Source of the DNA: Saccostrea echinata
Taxonomy: Eukaryota
Assembly (NCBI RefSeq): GCF_033153115.1
Contig: NW_026889772.1
Span: 11,904,001 to 11,968,000, forward strand
Direction of reading: 5' to 3'
Length of the DNA: 64,000 bases
Numbering within the stretch: the first letter of the stretch is position 1; each line of letters begins with the position of its first letter. Positions 63,229 to 64,000 of this stretch are shown piece by piece. The notes under the pieces were generated by a model. The model did no database searches. It was not told the origin of the DNA and worked only from the letters and a program-made list of their open reading frames with translations. Position numbers and translations under genes: made by a program.

Positions 63229-64000
63229 GTGTGTATCATAATTATTGATATCAATTAGTGTCTTCATTCTTAATTCATAAATTTCAGATAAGTTACCTGT
63301 TTTCTGAAATTTGCTCCTGCTGTATTAAACTAGTATTACATGTAGTGGGGGCACTTTTATATGTACATGTACTCTGTACAGGACTGCCTGTACATTTCAG
63401 GGGTTTATTGTATTAGCTGTGTTGGATTATTAGTATTGACTTTTATCTTCAGATGAAAATTCATGATATCATTAATTCAGCATTCAAAGACTGGAATTTT
63501 CAATTTTATTGATTTCATACAAATTGTACATTTTTAAGTTTGACAATATAATAGACTTAAAACAACTGAATGACAATCTATTTTAAAATTTCCTAGGAAA
63601 GTTCTATCAATCAATATAATTTTTCCCCACATATTGAAAATTCAAAAAAATTGGATGTTTCATATTTGATAACAAATACAGGTACTCTAACAGACCTGAG
63701 AGCAGATAAGGATAGAAACTTAAAATGCTGGTGCTACTATTTATAAATTTATAACATATGATTCAGTGTTTAAATAATCACCCACTGCAATGGTTAAATT
63801 GTATTTCAGATGCCGCTTATCACAGTATGTATTCAAACGTAACCAGGACTTTGGTAGCTTGATAAATTGACAAACTTGTATTGCTTTATCATCGGAAAAC
63901 CCCAGTTGATTGCAATGTGTGGGAGAGAGAAACCCATTGTAATCAATTGTGGTTTATGATGTTGGTACTGCTTAATATAACTAGGAATTGGAAGAGGAAA

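Overview
AT-rich, intron-containing animal genomic DNA. The repeat complement (Naiad-type Penelope-like elements, HINE/Helentron-like satellite carriers, a V-domain tRNA SINE) suggests a bivalve, probably an oyster; this is an inference. Genes reconstructed by hand from splice signals and reading-frame phase: a GNAT acetyltransferase (+, 8842-9423); FAM8A1 (+, 5 exons, 13293-16156); a THEG/SPMAP2-like gene (+, from 57541, running off the window); a single-exon 317-aa protein ending in ten exact 11-residue beta-solenoid-like repeats (+, 49835-50788); and a tandem cluster of three minus-strand paralogues (20.7-46.9 kb) that the ORF track only partly shows. These paralogues encode secreted proteins built as signal peptide, Ly6/uPAR three-finger domain with a conserved G-K/R-R site in loop III and one canonical Cys missing, 7-Cys ShKT domain, and a ~170-aa His-rich beta-sandwich-like domain. 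About 15 Naiad fragments are present, including a 5'-truncated copy with a 753-aa RT ORF; their 3' UTR folds into a covarying three-way-junction RNA. There are two assembly gaps (32-200, 36498-36626). All gene models and folds were derived by eye, without tools.
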